From Auanema rhodensis (taxonomy: Eukaryota; Animalia; Nematoda), in assembly GCA_964057225.1 (NCBI GenBank), contig OZ059895.1, positions 21,700,001-21,764,000 on the forward strand: 64,000 bases of DNA, read 5' to 3'. Both the position numbers and the translations under genes were made by a program. The first letter of the stretch is position 1. Each line of letters opens with the position of its first letter. The notes under the pieces were generated by a model. That model searched no databases. It had not been told where the DNA came from and saw only the letters and a list, made by a program, of their open reading frames with translations. Shown in pieces: positions 1 to 12,300 of this stretch.

Positions 1-2
1 CA

Positions 3-30
3 ATGTTGAGTGTACATGGAAACTCAACAT
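3..30. repeat. Intra-monomer inverted repeat ATGTTGAGT-N10-ACTCAACAT (shown for M1; recurs in each monomer)
   Basis: Perfect 9-bp arms at p3-11 and p22-30. Confidence 0.9.
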
Positions 31-113
31 ACACTAATGCATCATTTTTCAAACGATCATAACTAATTTTTGTATTAAGCGTTTCTCAATGTAGTATAGT
101 GCATTCGATGCGG

Positions 114-164
114 ATTTTTAAGCTGCGTCGATCTGTGTTATCAGATTTGCTCTAGCTTAAAAAT
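114..164. repeat. Intra-monomer 51-nt imperfect hairpin (shown for M1; recurs in each monomer)
   Basis: Perfect 11-bp arms ATTTTTAAGCT (p114-124) / AGCTTAAAAAT (p154-164). Inner GCG/CGC pairing in the p151-G allele and ATCTG/CAGAT around a TGTTAT loop. Confidence 0.9.
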
Positions 165-305
165 GCACCGAGATATCAACTGATATATGTTCACACTTAT
201 ATCCTCGATTTTCACCCTGAAGAAATTATTTTTTCGTTGAATAACATTGTCCATCGTCTTTGCCTTGAAAAAAGGAATCTAAAAACATCTACTTCTTGCT
301 AAATT

Positions 306-340
306 ATTTTGAAATTTTTCGAAAAAATTTTTGTCAAAAT
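306..340. repeat. Intra-monomer AT-rich palindrome (shown for M1)
   Basis: TTTTTCGAAAAA is a perfect 12-bp palindrome (p315-326), nested within ATTTTGA (p306-312) / TCAAAAT (p334-340). Confidence 0.8.
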
Positions 341-3300
341 GTTTTTGGAAGCAATGTTGAGTGTACATGGAAACTCAACATACACTAATGCATCATTTTT
401 CAAACGATCATAACTAATTTTTGTATTGAGCGTTTCTCGATGTAGTATAGTGCATTCGATGCGGATTTTTAAGCTGCGTCGATCTGTGTTATCAGATTTG
501 CGCTAGCTTAAAAATGCACCGAGATATCAACTGATATAAGTTCACACTTAGATCCTCGATTTTCACCCTGAAGAATTAATTTTTTCGTTGAATAACAATG
601 TCCATCGTCTTTGCCTTGAAAAAAGGAATCTAAAAACATCTACTTCTTGCTAAATTATTTTGAAATTTTTCGAAAAAATTTTTGTCAAAATGTTTTTGGA
701 AGCAATGTTGAGTGTACATGGAAACTCAACATACACTAATGCATCATTTTTCAAACGATCATAACTAATTTTTGTATTGAGCGTTTCTCAATGTAGTATA
801 GTGCATTCGATGCGGATTTTTAAGCTGCGTCGATCTGTGTTATCAGATTTGCGCTAGCTTAAAAATGCACCGAGATATCAACTGATATATGTTCACACTT
901 ATATCCTCGATTTTCACCCTGAAGAAATTATTTTTTCGTTGAATAACATTGTCCATCGTCTTTGCCTTGAAAAAAGGAATCTAAAAACATCTACTTCTTG
1001 CTAAATTATTTTGAAATTTTTCGAAAAAATTTTTGTCAAAATGTTTTTGGAAGCAATGTTGAGTGTACATGGAAACTCAACATACACTAATGCATCATTT
1101 TTCAAACGATCATAACTAATTTTTGTATTGAGCGTTTCTCAATGTAGTATAGTGCATTCGATGCGGATTTTTAAGCTGCGTCGATCTGTGTTATCAGATT
1201 TGCTCTAGCTTAAAAATGCACCGAGATATCAACTGATATATGTTCACACTTATATCCTCGATTTTCACCCTGAAGAAATTATTTTTTCGTTGAATAACAT
1301 TGTCCATCGTCTTTGCCTTGAAAAAAGGAATCTAAAAACATCTACTTCTTGCTAAATTATTTTGAAATTTTTCGAAAAAATTTTTGTCAAAATGTTTTTG
1401 GAAGCAATGTTGAGTGTACATGGAAACTCAACATACACTAATGCATCATTTTTCAAACGATCATAACTAATTTTTGTATTGAGCGTTTCTCAATGTAGTA
1501 TAGTGCATTCGATGCGGATTTTTAAGCTGCGTCGATCTGTGTTATCAGATTTGCTCTAGCTTAAAAATGCACCGAGATATCAACTGATATATGTTCACAC
1601 TTATATCCTCGATTTTCACCCTGAAGAAATTATTTTTTCGTTGAATAACATTGTCCATCGTCTTTGCCTTGAAAAAAGGAATCTAAAAACATCTACTTCT
1701 TGCTAAATTATTTTGAAATTTTTCGAAAAAATTTTTGTCAAAATGTTTTTGGAAGCAATGTTGAGTGTACATGGAAACTCAACATACACTAATGCATCAT
1801 TTTTCAAACGATCATAACTAATTTTTGTATTGAGCGTTTCTCAATGTAGTATAGTGCATTCGATGCGGATTTTTAAGCTGCGTCGATCTGTGTTATCAGA
1901 TTTGCTCTAGCTTAAAAATGCACCGAGATATCAACTGATATATGTTCACACTTATATCCTCGATTTTCACCCTGAAGAAATTATTTTTTCGTTGAATAAC
2001 ATTGTCCATCGTCTTTGCCTTGAAAAAAGGAATCTAAAAACATCTACTTCTTGCTAAATTATTTTGAAATTTTTCGAAAAAATTTTTGTCAAAATGTTTT
2101 TGGAAGCAATGTTGAGTGTACATGGAAACTCAACATACACTAATGCATCATTTTTCAAACGATCATAACTAATTTTTGTATTGAGCGTTTCTCAATGTAG
2201 TATAGTGCATTCGATGCGGATTTTTAAGCTGCGTCGATCTGTGTTATCAGATTTGCGCTAGCTTAAAAATGCACCGAGATATCAACTGATATATGTTCAC
2301 ACTTATATCCTCGATTTTCACCCTGAAGAAATTATTTTTTCGTTGAATTACATTGTCCATCGTCTTTGCCTTGAAAAAAGGAATCTAAAAACATCTACTT
2401 CTTGCTAAATTATTTTGAAATTTTTCGAAAAAATTTTTGTCAAAATGTTTTTGGAAGCAATGTTGAGTGTACATGGAAACTCAACATACACTAATGCATC
2501 ATTTTTCAAACGATCATAACTAATTTTTGTATTGAGCGTTTCTCAATGTAGTATAGTGCATTCGATGCGGATTTTTAAGCTGCGTCGATCTGTGTTATCA
2601 GATTTGCGCTAGCTTAAAAATGCACCGAGATATCAACTGATATATGTTCACACTTATATCCTCGATTTTCACCCTGAAGAAATTATTTTTTCGTTGAATT
2701 ACATTGTCCATCGTCTTTGCCTTGAAAAAAGGAATCTAAAAACATCTACTTCTTGCTAAATTATTTTGAAATTTTTCGAAAAAATTTTTGTCAAAATGTT
2801 TTTGGAAGCAATGTTGAGTGTACATGGAAACTCAACATACACTAATGCATCATTTTTCAAACGATCATAACTAATTTTTGTATTAAGCGTTTCTCAATGT
2901 AGTATAGTGCATTCGATGCGGATTTTTAAGCTGCGTCGATCTGTGTTATCAGATTTGCTCTAGCTTAAAAATGCACCGAGATATCAACTGATATATGTTC
3001 ACACTTATATCCTCGATTTTCACCCTGAAGAAATTATTTTTTCGTTGAATAACATTGTCCATCGTCTTTGCCTTGAAAAAAGGAATCTAAAAACATCTAC
3101 TTCTTGCTAAATTATTTTGAAATTTTTCGAAAAAATTTTTGTCAAAATGTTTTTGGAAGCAATGTTGAGTGTACATGGAAACTCAACATACACTAATGCA
3201 TCATTTTTCAAACGATCATAACTAATTTTTGTATTGAGCGTTTCTCGATGTAGTATAGTGCATTCGATGCGGATTTTTAAGCTGCGTCGATCTGTGTTAT

Positions 3301-6300
3301 CAGATTTGCGCTAGCTTAAAAATGCACCGAGATATCAACTGATATAAGTTCACACTTAGATCCTCGATTTTCACCCTGAAGAATTAATTTTTTCGTTGAA
3401 TAACAATGTCCATCGTCTTTGCCTTGAAAAAAGGAATCTAAAAACATCTACTTCTTGCTAAATTATTTTGAAATTTTTCGAAAAAATTTTTGTCAAAATG
3501 TTTTTGGAAGCAATGTTGAGTGTACATGGAAACTCAACATACACTAATGCATCATTTTTCAAACGATCATAACTAATTTTTGTATTGAGCGTTTCTCAAT
3601 GTAGTATAGTGCATTCGATGCGGATTTTTAAGCTGCGTCGATCTGTGTTATCAGATTTGCGCTAGCTTAAAAATGCACCGAGATATCAACTGATATATGT
3701 TCACACTTATATCCTCGATTTTCACCCTGAAGAAATTATTTTTTCGTTGAATAACATTGTCCATCGTCTTTGCCTTGAAAAAAGGAATCTAAAAACATCT
3801 ACTTCTTGCTAAATTATTTTGAAATTTTTCGAAAAAATTTTTGTCAATATGTTTTTGGAAGCAATGTTGAGTGTACATGGAAACTCAACATACACTAATG
3901 CATCATTTTTCAAACGATCATAACTAATTTTTGTATCAAGCGTTTCTCAATGTAGTATAGTGCATTCGATGCGGATTTTTAAGCTGCGTCGATCTGTGTT
4001 ATCAGATTTGCGCTAGCTTAAAAATGCACCGAGATATCAACTGATATATGTTCACACTTATATCCTCGATTTTCACCCTGAAGAAATTATTTTTTCGTTG
4101 AATAACATTGTCCATCGTCTTTGCCTTGAAAAAAGGAATCTAAAAACATCTACTTCTTGCTAAATTATTTTGAAATTTTTCGAAAAAATTTTTGTCAAAA
4201 TGTTTTTGGAAGCAATGTTGAGTGTACATGGAAACTCAACATACACTAATGCATCATTTTTCAAACGATCATAACTAATTTTTGTATTAAGCGTTTCTCA
4301 ATGTAGTATAGTGCATTCGATGCGGATTTTTAAGCTGCGTCGATCTGTGTTATCAGATTTGCTCTAGCTTAAAAATGCACCGAGATATCAACTGATATAT
4401 GTTCACACTTATATCCTCGATTTTCACCCTGAAGAAATTATTTTTTCGTTGAATAACATTGTCCATCGTCTTTGCCTTGAAAAAAGGAATCTAAAAACAT
4501 CTACTTCTTGCTAAATTATTTTGAAAATTTTCGAAAAAATTTTTGTCAAAATGTTTTTGGAAGCAATGTTGAGTGTACATGGAAACTCAACATACACTAA
4601 TGCATCATTTTTCAAACGATCATAACTAATTTTTGTATTAAGCGTTTCTCAATGTAGTATAGTGCATTCGATGCGGATTTTTAAGCTGCGTCGATCTGTG
4701 TTATCAGATTTGCTCTAGCTTAAAAATGCACCGAGATATCAACTGATATATGTTCACACTTATATCCTCGATTTTCACCCTGAAGAAATTATTTTTTCGT
4801 TGAATAACATTGTCCATCGTCTTTGCCTTGAAAAAAGGAATCTAAAAACATCTACTTCTTGCTAAATTATTTTGAAATTTTTCGAAAAAATTTTTGTCAA
4901 AATGTTTTTGGAAGCAATGTTGAGTGTACATGGAAACTCAACATACACTAATGCATCATTTTTCAAACGATCATAACTAATTTTTGTATTGAGCGTTTCT
5001 CAATGTAGTATAGTGCATTCGATGCGGATTTTTAAGCTGCGTCGATCTGTGTTATCAGATTTGCGCTAGCTTAAAAATGCACCGAGATATCAACTGATAT
5101 ATGTTCACACTTATATCCTCGATTTTCACCCTGAAGAAATTATTTTTTCGTTGAATAACATTGTCCATCGTCTTTGCCTTAAAAAAAGGAATCTAAAAAC
5201 ATCTACTTCTTGCTAAATTATTCTGAAATTTTTCGAAAAAATTTTTGTCAAAATGTTTTTGGAAGCAATGTTGAGTGTACATGGAAACTCAACATACACT
5301 AATGCATCATTTTTCAAACGATCATAACTAATTTTTGTATTGAGCGTTTCTCAATGTAGTATAGTGCATTCGATGCGGATTTTTAAGCTGCGTCGATCTG
5401 TGTTATCAGATTTGCTCTAGCTTAAAAATGCACCGAGATATCAACTGATATATGTTCACACTTATATCCTCGATTTTCACCCTGAAGAAATTATTTTTTC
5501 GTTGAATAACATTGTCCATCGTCTTTGCCTTGAAAAAAGGAATCTAAAAACATCTACTTCTTGCTAAATTATTTTGAAATTTTTCGAAAAAATTTTTGTC
5601 AAAATGTTTTTGGAAGCAATGTTGAGTGTACATGGAAACTCAACATACACTAATGCATCATTTTTCAAACGATCATAACTAATTTTTGTATTGAGCGTTT
5701 CTCAATGTAGTATAGTGCATTCGATGCGGATTTTTAAGCTGCGTCGATCTGTGTTATCAGATTTGCTCTAGCTTAAAAATGCACCGAGATATCAACTGAT
5801 ATATGTTCACACTTATATCCTCGATTTTCACCCTGAAGAAATTATTTTTTCGTTGAATAACATTGTCCATCGTCTTTGCCTTGAAAAAAGGAATCTAAAA
5901 ACATCTACTTCTTGCTAAATTATTTTGAAATTTTTCGAAAAAATTTTTGTCAAAATGTTTTTGGAAGCAATGTTGAGTGTACATGGAAACTCAACATACA
6001 CTAATGCATCATTTTTCAAACGATCATAACTAATTTTTGTATTGAGCGTTTCTCAATGTAGTATAGTGCATTCGATGCGGATTTTTAAGCTGCGTCGATC
6101 TGTGTTATCAGATTTGCGCTAGCTTAAAAATGCACCGAGATATCAACTGATATATGTTCACACTTATATCCTCGATTTTCACCCTGAAGAAATTATTTTT
6201 TCGTTGAATAACATTGTCCATCGTCTTTGCCTTGAAAAAAGGAATCTAAAAACATCTACTTCTTGCTAAATTATTTTGAAATTTTTCGAAAAAATTTTTG

Positions 6301-9300
6301 TCAAAATGTTTTTGGAAGCAATGTTGAGTGTACATGGAAACTCAACATACACTAATGCATCATTTTTCAAACGATCATAACTAATTTTTGTATTAAGCGT
6401 TTCTCAATGTAGTATAGTGCATTCGATGCGGATTTTTAAGCTGCGTCGATCTGTGTTATCAGATTTGCTCTAGCTTAAAAATGCACCGAGATATCAACTG
6501 ATATATGTTCACACTTATATCCTCGATTTTCACCCTGAAGAAATTATTTTTTCGTTGAATAACATTGTCCATCGTCTTTGCCTTGAAAAAAGGAATCTAA
6601 AAACATCTACTTCTTGCTAAATTATTTTGAAATTTTTCGAAAAAATTTTTGTCAAAATGTTTTTGGAAGCAATGTTGAGTGTACATGGAAACTCAACATA
6701 CACTAATGCATCATTTTTCAAACGATCATAACTAATTTTTGTATTGAGCGTTTCTCAATGTAGTATAGTGCATTCGATGCGGATTTTTAAGCTGCGTCGA
6801 TCTGTGTTATCAGATTTGCGCTAGCTTAAAAATGCACCGAGATATCAACTGATATATGTTCACACTTATATCCTCGATTTTCACCCTGAAGAAATTATTT
6901 TTTCGTTGAATAACATTGTCCATCGTCTTTGCCTTGAAAAAAGGAATCTAAAAACATCTACTTCTTGCTAAATTATTTTGAAATTTTTCGAAAAAATTTT
7001 TGTCAAAATGTTTTTGGAAGCAATGTTGAGTGTACATGGAAACTCAACATACACTAATGCATCATTTTTCAAACGATCATAACTAATTTTTGTATTAAGC
7101 GTTTCTCAATGTAGTATAGTGCATTCGATGCGGATTTTTAAGCTGCGTCGATCTGTGTTATCAGATTTGCTCTAGCTTAAAAATGCACCGAGATATCAAC
7201 TGATATATGTTCACACTTATATCCTCGATTTTCACCCTGAAGAAATTATTTTTTCGTTGAATAACATTGTCCATCGTCTTTGCCTTGAAAAAAGGAATCT
7301 AAAAACATCTACTTCTTGCTAAATTATTTTGAAATTTTTCGAAAAAATTTTTGTCAAAATGTTTTTGGAAGCAATGTTGAGTGTACATGGAAACTCAACA
7401 TACACTAATGCATCATTTTTCAAACGATCATAACTAATTTTTGTATTGAGCGTTTCTCGATATAGTATAGTGCATTCGATGCGGATTTTTAAGCTGCGTC
7501 GATCTGTGTTATCAGATTTGCGCTAGCTTAAAAATGCACCGAGATATCAACTGATATAAGTTCACACTTAGATCCTCGATTTTCACCCTGAAGAATTAAT
7601 TTTTTCGTTGAATAACAATGTCCATCGTCTTTGCCTTGAAAAAAGGAATCTAAAAACATCTACTTCTTGCTAAATTATTTTGAAATTTTTCGAAAAAATT
7701 TTTGTCAAAATGTTTTTGGAAGCAATGTTGAGTGTACATGGAAACTCAACATACACTAATGCATCATTTTTCAAACGATCATAACTAATTTTTGTATTGA
7801 GCGTTTCTCGATGTAGTATAGTGCATTCGATGCGGATTTTTAAGCTGCGTCGATCTGTGTTATCAGATTTGCGCTAGCTTAAAAATGCACCGAGATATCA
7901 ACTGATATATGTTCACACTTATATCCTCGATTTTCACCCTGAAGAAATTATTTTTTCGTTGAATAACATTGTCCATCGTGTTTGCCTTGAAAAAAGGAAT
8001 CTAAAAACATCTACTTCTTGCTAAATTATTTTGAAATTTTTCGAAAAAATTTTTGTCAAAATGTTTTTGGAAGCAATGTTGAGTGTACATGGAAACTCAA
8101 CATACACTAATGCATCATTTTTCAAACGATCATAACTAATTTTTGTATTGAGCGTTTCTCGATGTAGTATAGTGCATTCGATGCGGATTTTTAAGCTGCG
8201 TCGATCTGTGTTATCAGATTTGCGCTAGCTTAAAAATGCACCGAGATATCAACTGATATATGTTCACACTTATATCCTCGATTTTCACCCTGAAGAAATC
8301 ATTTTTTCGTTGAATTACATTGTCCATCGTCTTTGCCTTGAAAAAAGGAATCTAAAAACATCTACTTCTTGCTAAATTATTTTGAAATTTTTCGAAAAAA
8401 TTTTTGTCAAAATGTTTTTGGAAGCAATGTTGAGTGTACATGGAAACTCAACATACACTAATGCATCATTTTTCAAACGATCATAACTAATTTTTGTATT
8501 AAGCGTTTCTCAATGTAGTATAGTGCATTCGATGCGGATTTTTAAGCTGCGTCGATCTGTGTTATCAGATTTGCTCTAGCTTAAAAATGCACCGAGATAT
8601 CAACTGATATATGTTCACACTTATATCCTCGATTTTCACCCTGAAGAAATTATTTTTTCGTTGAATAACATTGTCCATCGTCTTTGCCTTAAAAAAAGGA
8701 ATCTAAAAACATCTACTTCTTGCTAAATTATTTTGAAATTTTTCGAAAAAATTTTTGTCAAAATGTTTTTGGAAGCAATGTTGAGTGTACATGGAAACTC
8801 AACATACACTAATGCATCATTTTTCAAACGATCATAACTAATTTTTGTATTGAGCGTTTCTCGATGTAGTATAGTGCATTCGATGCGGATTTTTAAGCTG
8901 CGTCGATCTGTGTTATCAGATTTGCGCTAGCTTAAAAATGCACCGAGATATCAACTGATATAAGTTCACACTTAGATCCTCGATTTTCACCCTGAAGAAT
9001 TAATTTTTTCGTTGAATAACAATGTCCATCGTCTTTGCCTTGAAAAAAGAAATCTAAAAACATCTACTTCTTGCTAAATTATTTTGAAATTTTTCGAAAA
9101 AATTTTTGTCAAAATGTTTTTGGAAGCAATGTTGAGTGTACATGGAAACTCAACATACACTAATGCATCATTTTTCAAACGATCATAACTAATTTTTGTA
9201 TTGAGCGTTTCTCAATGTAGTATAGTGCATTCGATGCGGATTTTTAAGCTGCGTCGATCTGTGTTATCAGATTTGCGCTAGCTTAAAAATGCACCGAGAT

Positions 9301-12300
9301 ATCAACTGATATATGTTCACACTTATATCCTCGATTTTCACCCTGAAGAAATTATTTTTTCGTTGAATAACATTGTCCATCGTCTTTGCCTTGAAAAAAG
9401 GAATCTAAAAACATCTACTTCTTGCTAAATTATTTTGAAATTTTTCGAAAAAATTTTTGTCAAAATGTTTTTGGAAGCAATGTTGAGTGTACATGGAAAC
9501 TCAACATACACTAATGCATCATTTTTCAAACGATCATAACTAATTTTTGTATTGAGCGTTTCTCAATGTAGTATAGTGCATTCGATGCGGATTTTTAAGC
9601 TGCGTCGATCTGTGTTATCAGATTTGCTCTAGCTTAAAAATGCACCGAGATATCAACTGATATATGTTCACACTTATATCCTCGATTTTCACCCTGAAGA
9701 AATTATTTTTTCGTTGAATAACATTGTCCATCGTCTTTGCCTTGAAAAAAGGAATCTAAAAACATCTACTTCTTGCTAAATTATTTTGAAATTTTTCGAA
9801 AAAATTTTTGTCAAAATGTTTTTGGAAGCAATGTTGAGTGTACATGGAAACTCAACATACACTAATGCATCATTTTTCAAACGATCATAACTAATTTTTG
9901 TATTGAGCGTTTCTCAATGTAGTATAGTGCATTCGATGCGGATTTTTAAGCTGCGTCGATCTGTGTTATCAGATTTGCTCTAGCTTAAAAATGCACCGAG
10001 ATATCAACTGATATATGTTCACACTTATATCCTCGATTTTCACCCTGAAGAAATTATTTTTTCGTTGAATAACATTGTCCATCGTCTTTGCCTTGAAAAA
10101 AGGAATCTAAAAACATCTACTTCTTGCTAAATTATTTTGAAATTTTTCGAAAAAATTTTTGTCAAAATGTTTTTGGAAGCAATGTTGAGTGTACATGGAA
10201 ACTCAACATACACTAATGCATCATTTTTCAAACGATCATAACTAATTTTTGTATTGAGCGTTTCTCGATGTAGTATAGTGCATTCGATGCGGATTTTTAA
10301 GCTGCGTCGATCTGTGTTATCAGATTTGCGCTAGCTTAAAAATGCACCGAGATATCAACTGATATAAGTTCACACTTAGATCCTCGATTTTCACCCTGAA
10401 GAATTAATTTTTTCGTTGAATAACAATGTCCATCGTCTTTGCCTTGAAAAAAGAAATCTAAAAACATCTACTTCTTGCTAAATTATTTTGAAATTTTTCG
10501 AAAAAATTTTTGTCAAAATGTTTTTGGAAGCAATGTTGAGTGTACATGGAAACTCAACATACACTAATGCATCATTTTTCAAACGATCATAACTAATTTT
10601 TGTATTGAGCGTTTCTCAATGTAGTATAGTGCATTCGATGCGGATTTTTAAGCTGCGTCGATCTGTGTTATCAGATTTGCGCTAGCTTAAAAATGCACCG
10701 AGATATCAACTGATATATGTTCACACTTATATCCTCGATTTTCACCCTGAAGAAATTATTTTTTCGTTGAATAACATTGTCCATCGTCTTTGCCTTGAAA
10801 AAAGGAATCTAAAAACATCTACTTCTTGCTAAATTATTTTGAAATTTTTCGAAAAAATTTTTGTCAAAATGTTTTTGGAAGCAATGTTGAGTGTACATGG
10901 AAACTCAACATACACTAATGCATCATTTTTCAAACGATCATAACTAATTTTTGTATTGAGCGTTTCTCAATGTAGTATAGTGCATTCGATGCGGATTTTT
11001 AAGCTGCGTCGATCTGTGTTATCAGATTTGCTCTAGCTTAAAAATGCACCGAGATATCAACTGATATATGTTCACACTTATATCCTCGATTTTCACCCTG
11101 AAGAAATTATTTTTTCGTTGAATAACATTGTCCATCGTCTTTGCCTTGAAAAAAGGAATCTAAAAACATCTACTTCTTGCTAAATTATTTTGAAATTTTT
11201 CGAAAAAATTTTTGTCAAAATGTTTTTGGAAGCAATGTTGAGTGTACATGGAAACTCAACATACACTAATGCATCATTTTTCAAACGATCATAACTAATT
11301 TTTGTATTGAGCGTTTCTCAATGTAGTATAGTGCATTCGATGCGGATTTTTAAGCTGCGTCGATCTGTGTTATCAGATTTGCTCTAGCTTAAAAATGCAC
11401 CGAGATATCAACTGATATATGTTCACACTTATATCCTCGATTTTCACCCTGAAGAAATTATTTTTTCGTTGAATAACATTGTCCATCGTCTTTGCCTTGA
11501 AAAAAGGAATCTAAAAACATCTACTTCTTGCTAAATTATTTTGAAATTTTTCGAAAAAATTTTTGTCAAAATGTTTTTGGAAGCAATGTTGAGTGTACAT
11601 GGAAACTCAACATACACTAATGCATCATTTTTCAAACGATCATAACTAATTTTTGTATTGAGCGTTTCTCAATGTAGTATAGTGCATTCGATGCGGATTT
11701 TTAAGCTGCGTCGATCTGTGTTATCAGATTTGCTCTAGCTTAAAAATGCACCGAGATATCAACTGATATATGTTCACACTTATATCCTCGATTTTCACCC
11801 TGAAGAAATTATTTTTTCGTTGAATAACATTGTCCATCGTCTTTGCCTTGAAAAAAGGAATCTAAAAACATCTACTTCTTGCTAAATTATTTTGAAATTT
11901 TTCGAAAAAATTTTTGTCAAAATGTTTTTGGAAGCAATGTTGAGTGTACATGGAAACTCAACATACACTAATGCATCATTTTTCAAACGATCATAACTAA
12001 TTTTTGTATTGAGCGTTTCTCAATGTAGTATAGTGCATTCGATGCGGATTTTTAAGCTGCGTCGATCTGTGTTATCAGATTTGCGCTAGCTTAAAAATGC
12101 ACCGAGATATCAACTGATATATGTTCACACTTATATCCTCGATTTTCACCCTGAAGAAATTATTTTTTCGTTGAATTACATTGTCCATCGTCTTTGCCTT
12201 GAAAAAAGGAATCTAAAAACATCTACTTCTTGCTAAATTATTTTGAAATTTTTCGAAAAAATTTTTGTCAAAATGTTTTTGGAAGCAATGTTGAGTGTAC

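Noticed and set aside
72-90. Satellite GTATTGAG / TCTCAAT matching the inner part of the TIR (possible transposase tethering or TIR origin of the satellite)
   Set aside because: Only 7-8-bp matches. A rough estimate gives about 0.2 chance 8-mers between a 26-bp TIR and both strands of a 351-bp monomer, so it is not significant.
1-351. Tandem RNA gene cluster (5S rRNA, SL RNA, snRNA, tRNA) or piRNA loci
   Set aside because: No 5S, SL1 (GGTTTAATTACCCAAGTTTGAG) or tRNA-like sequence recognised. AATTTTTGT at p65 and p326 is only Sm-site-like and expected in AT-rich DNA. No CTGTTTCA motif. An Rfam/Infernal scan would settle it.
1-351. Monomer as an ancient dimer of ~175-bp subunits
   Set aside because: Only scattered short matches (ATGTT, TTTTTC...ATAAC) at an offset near 184; no convincing alignment by eye.
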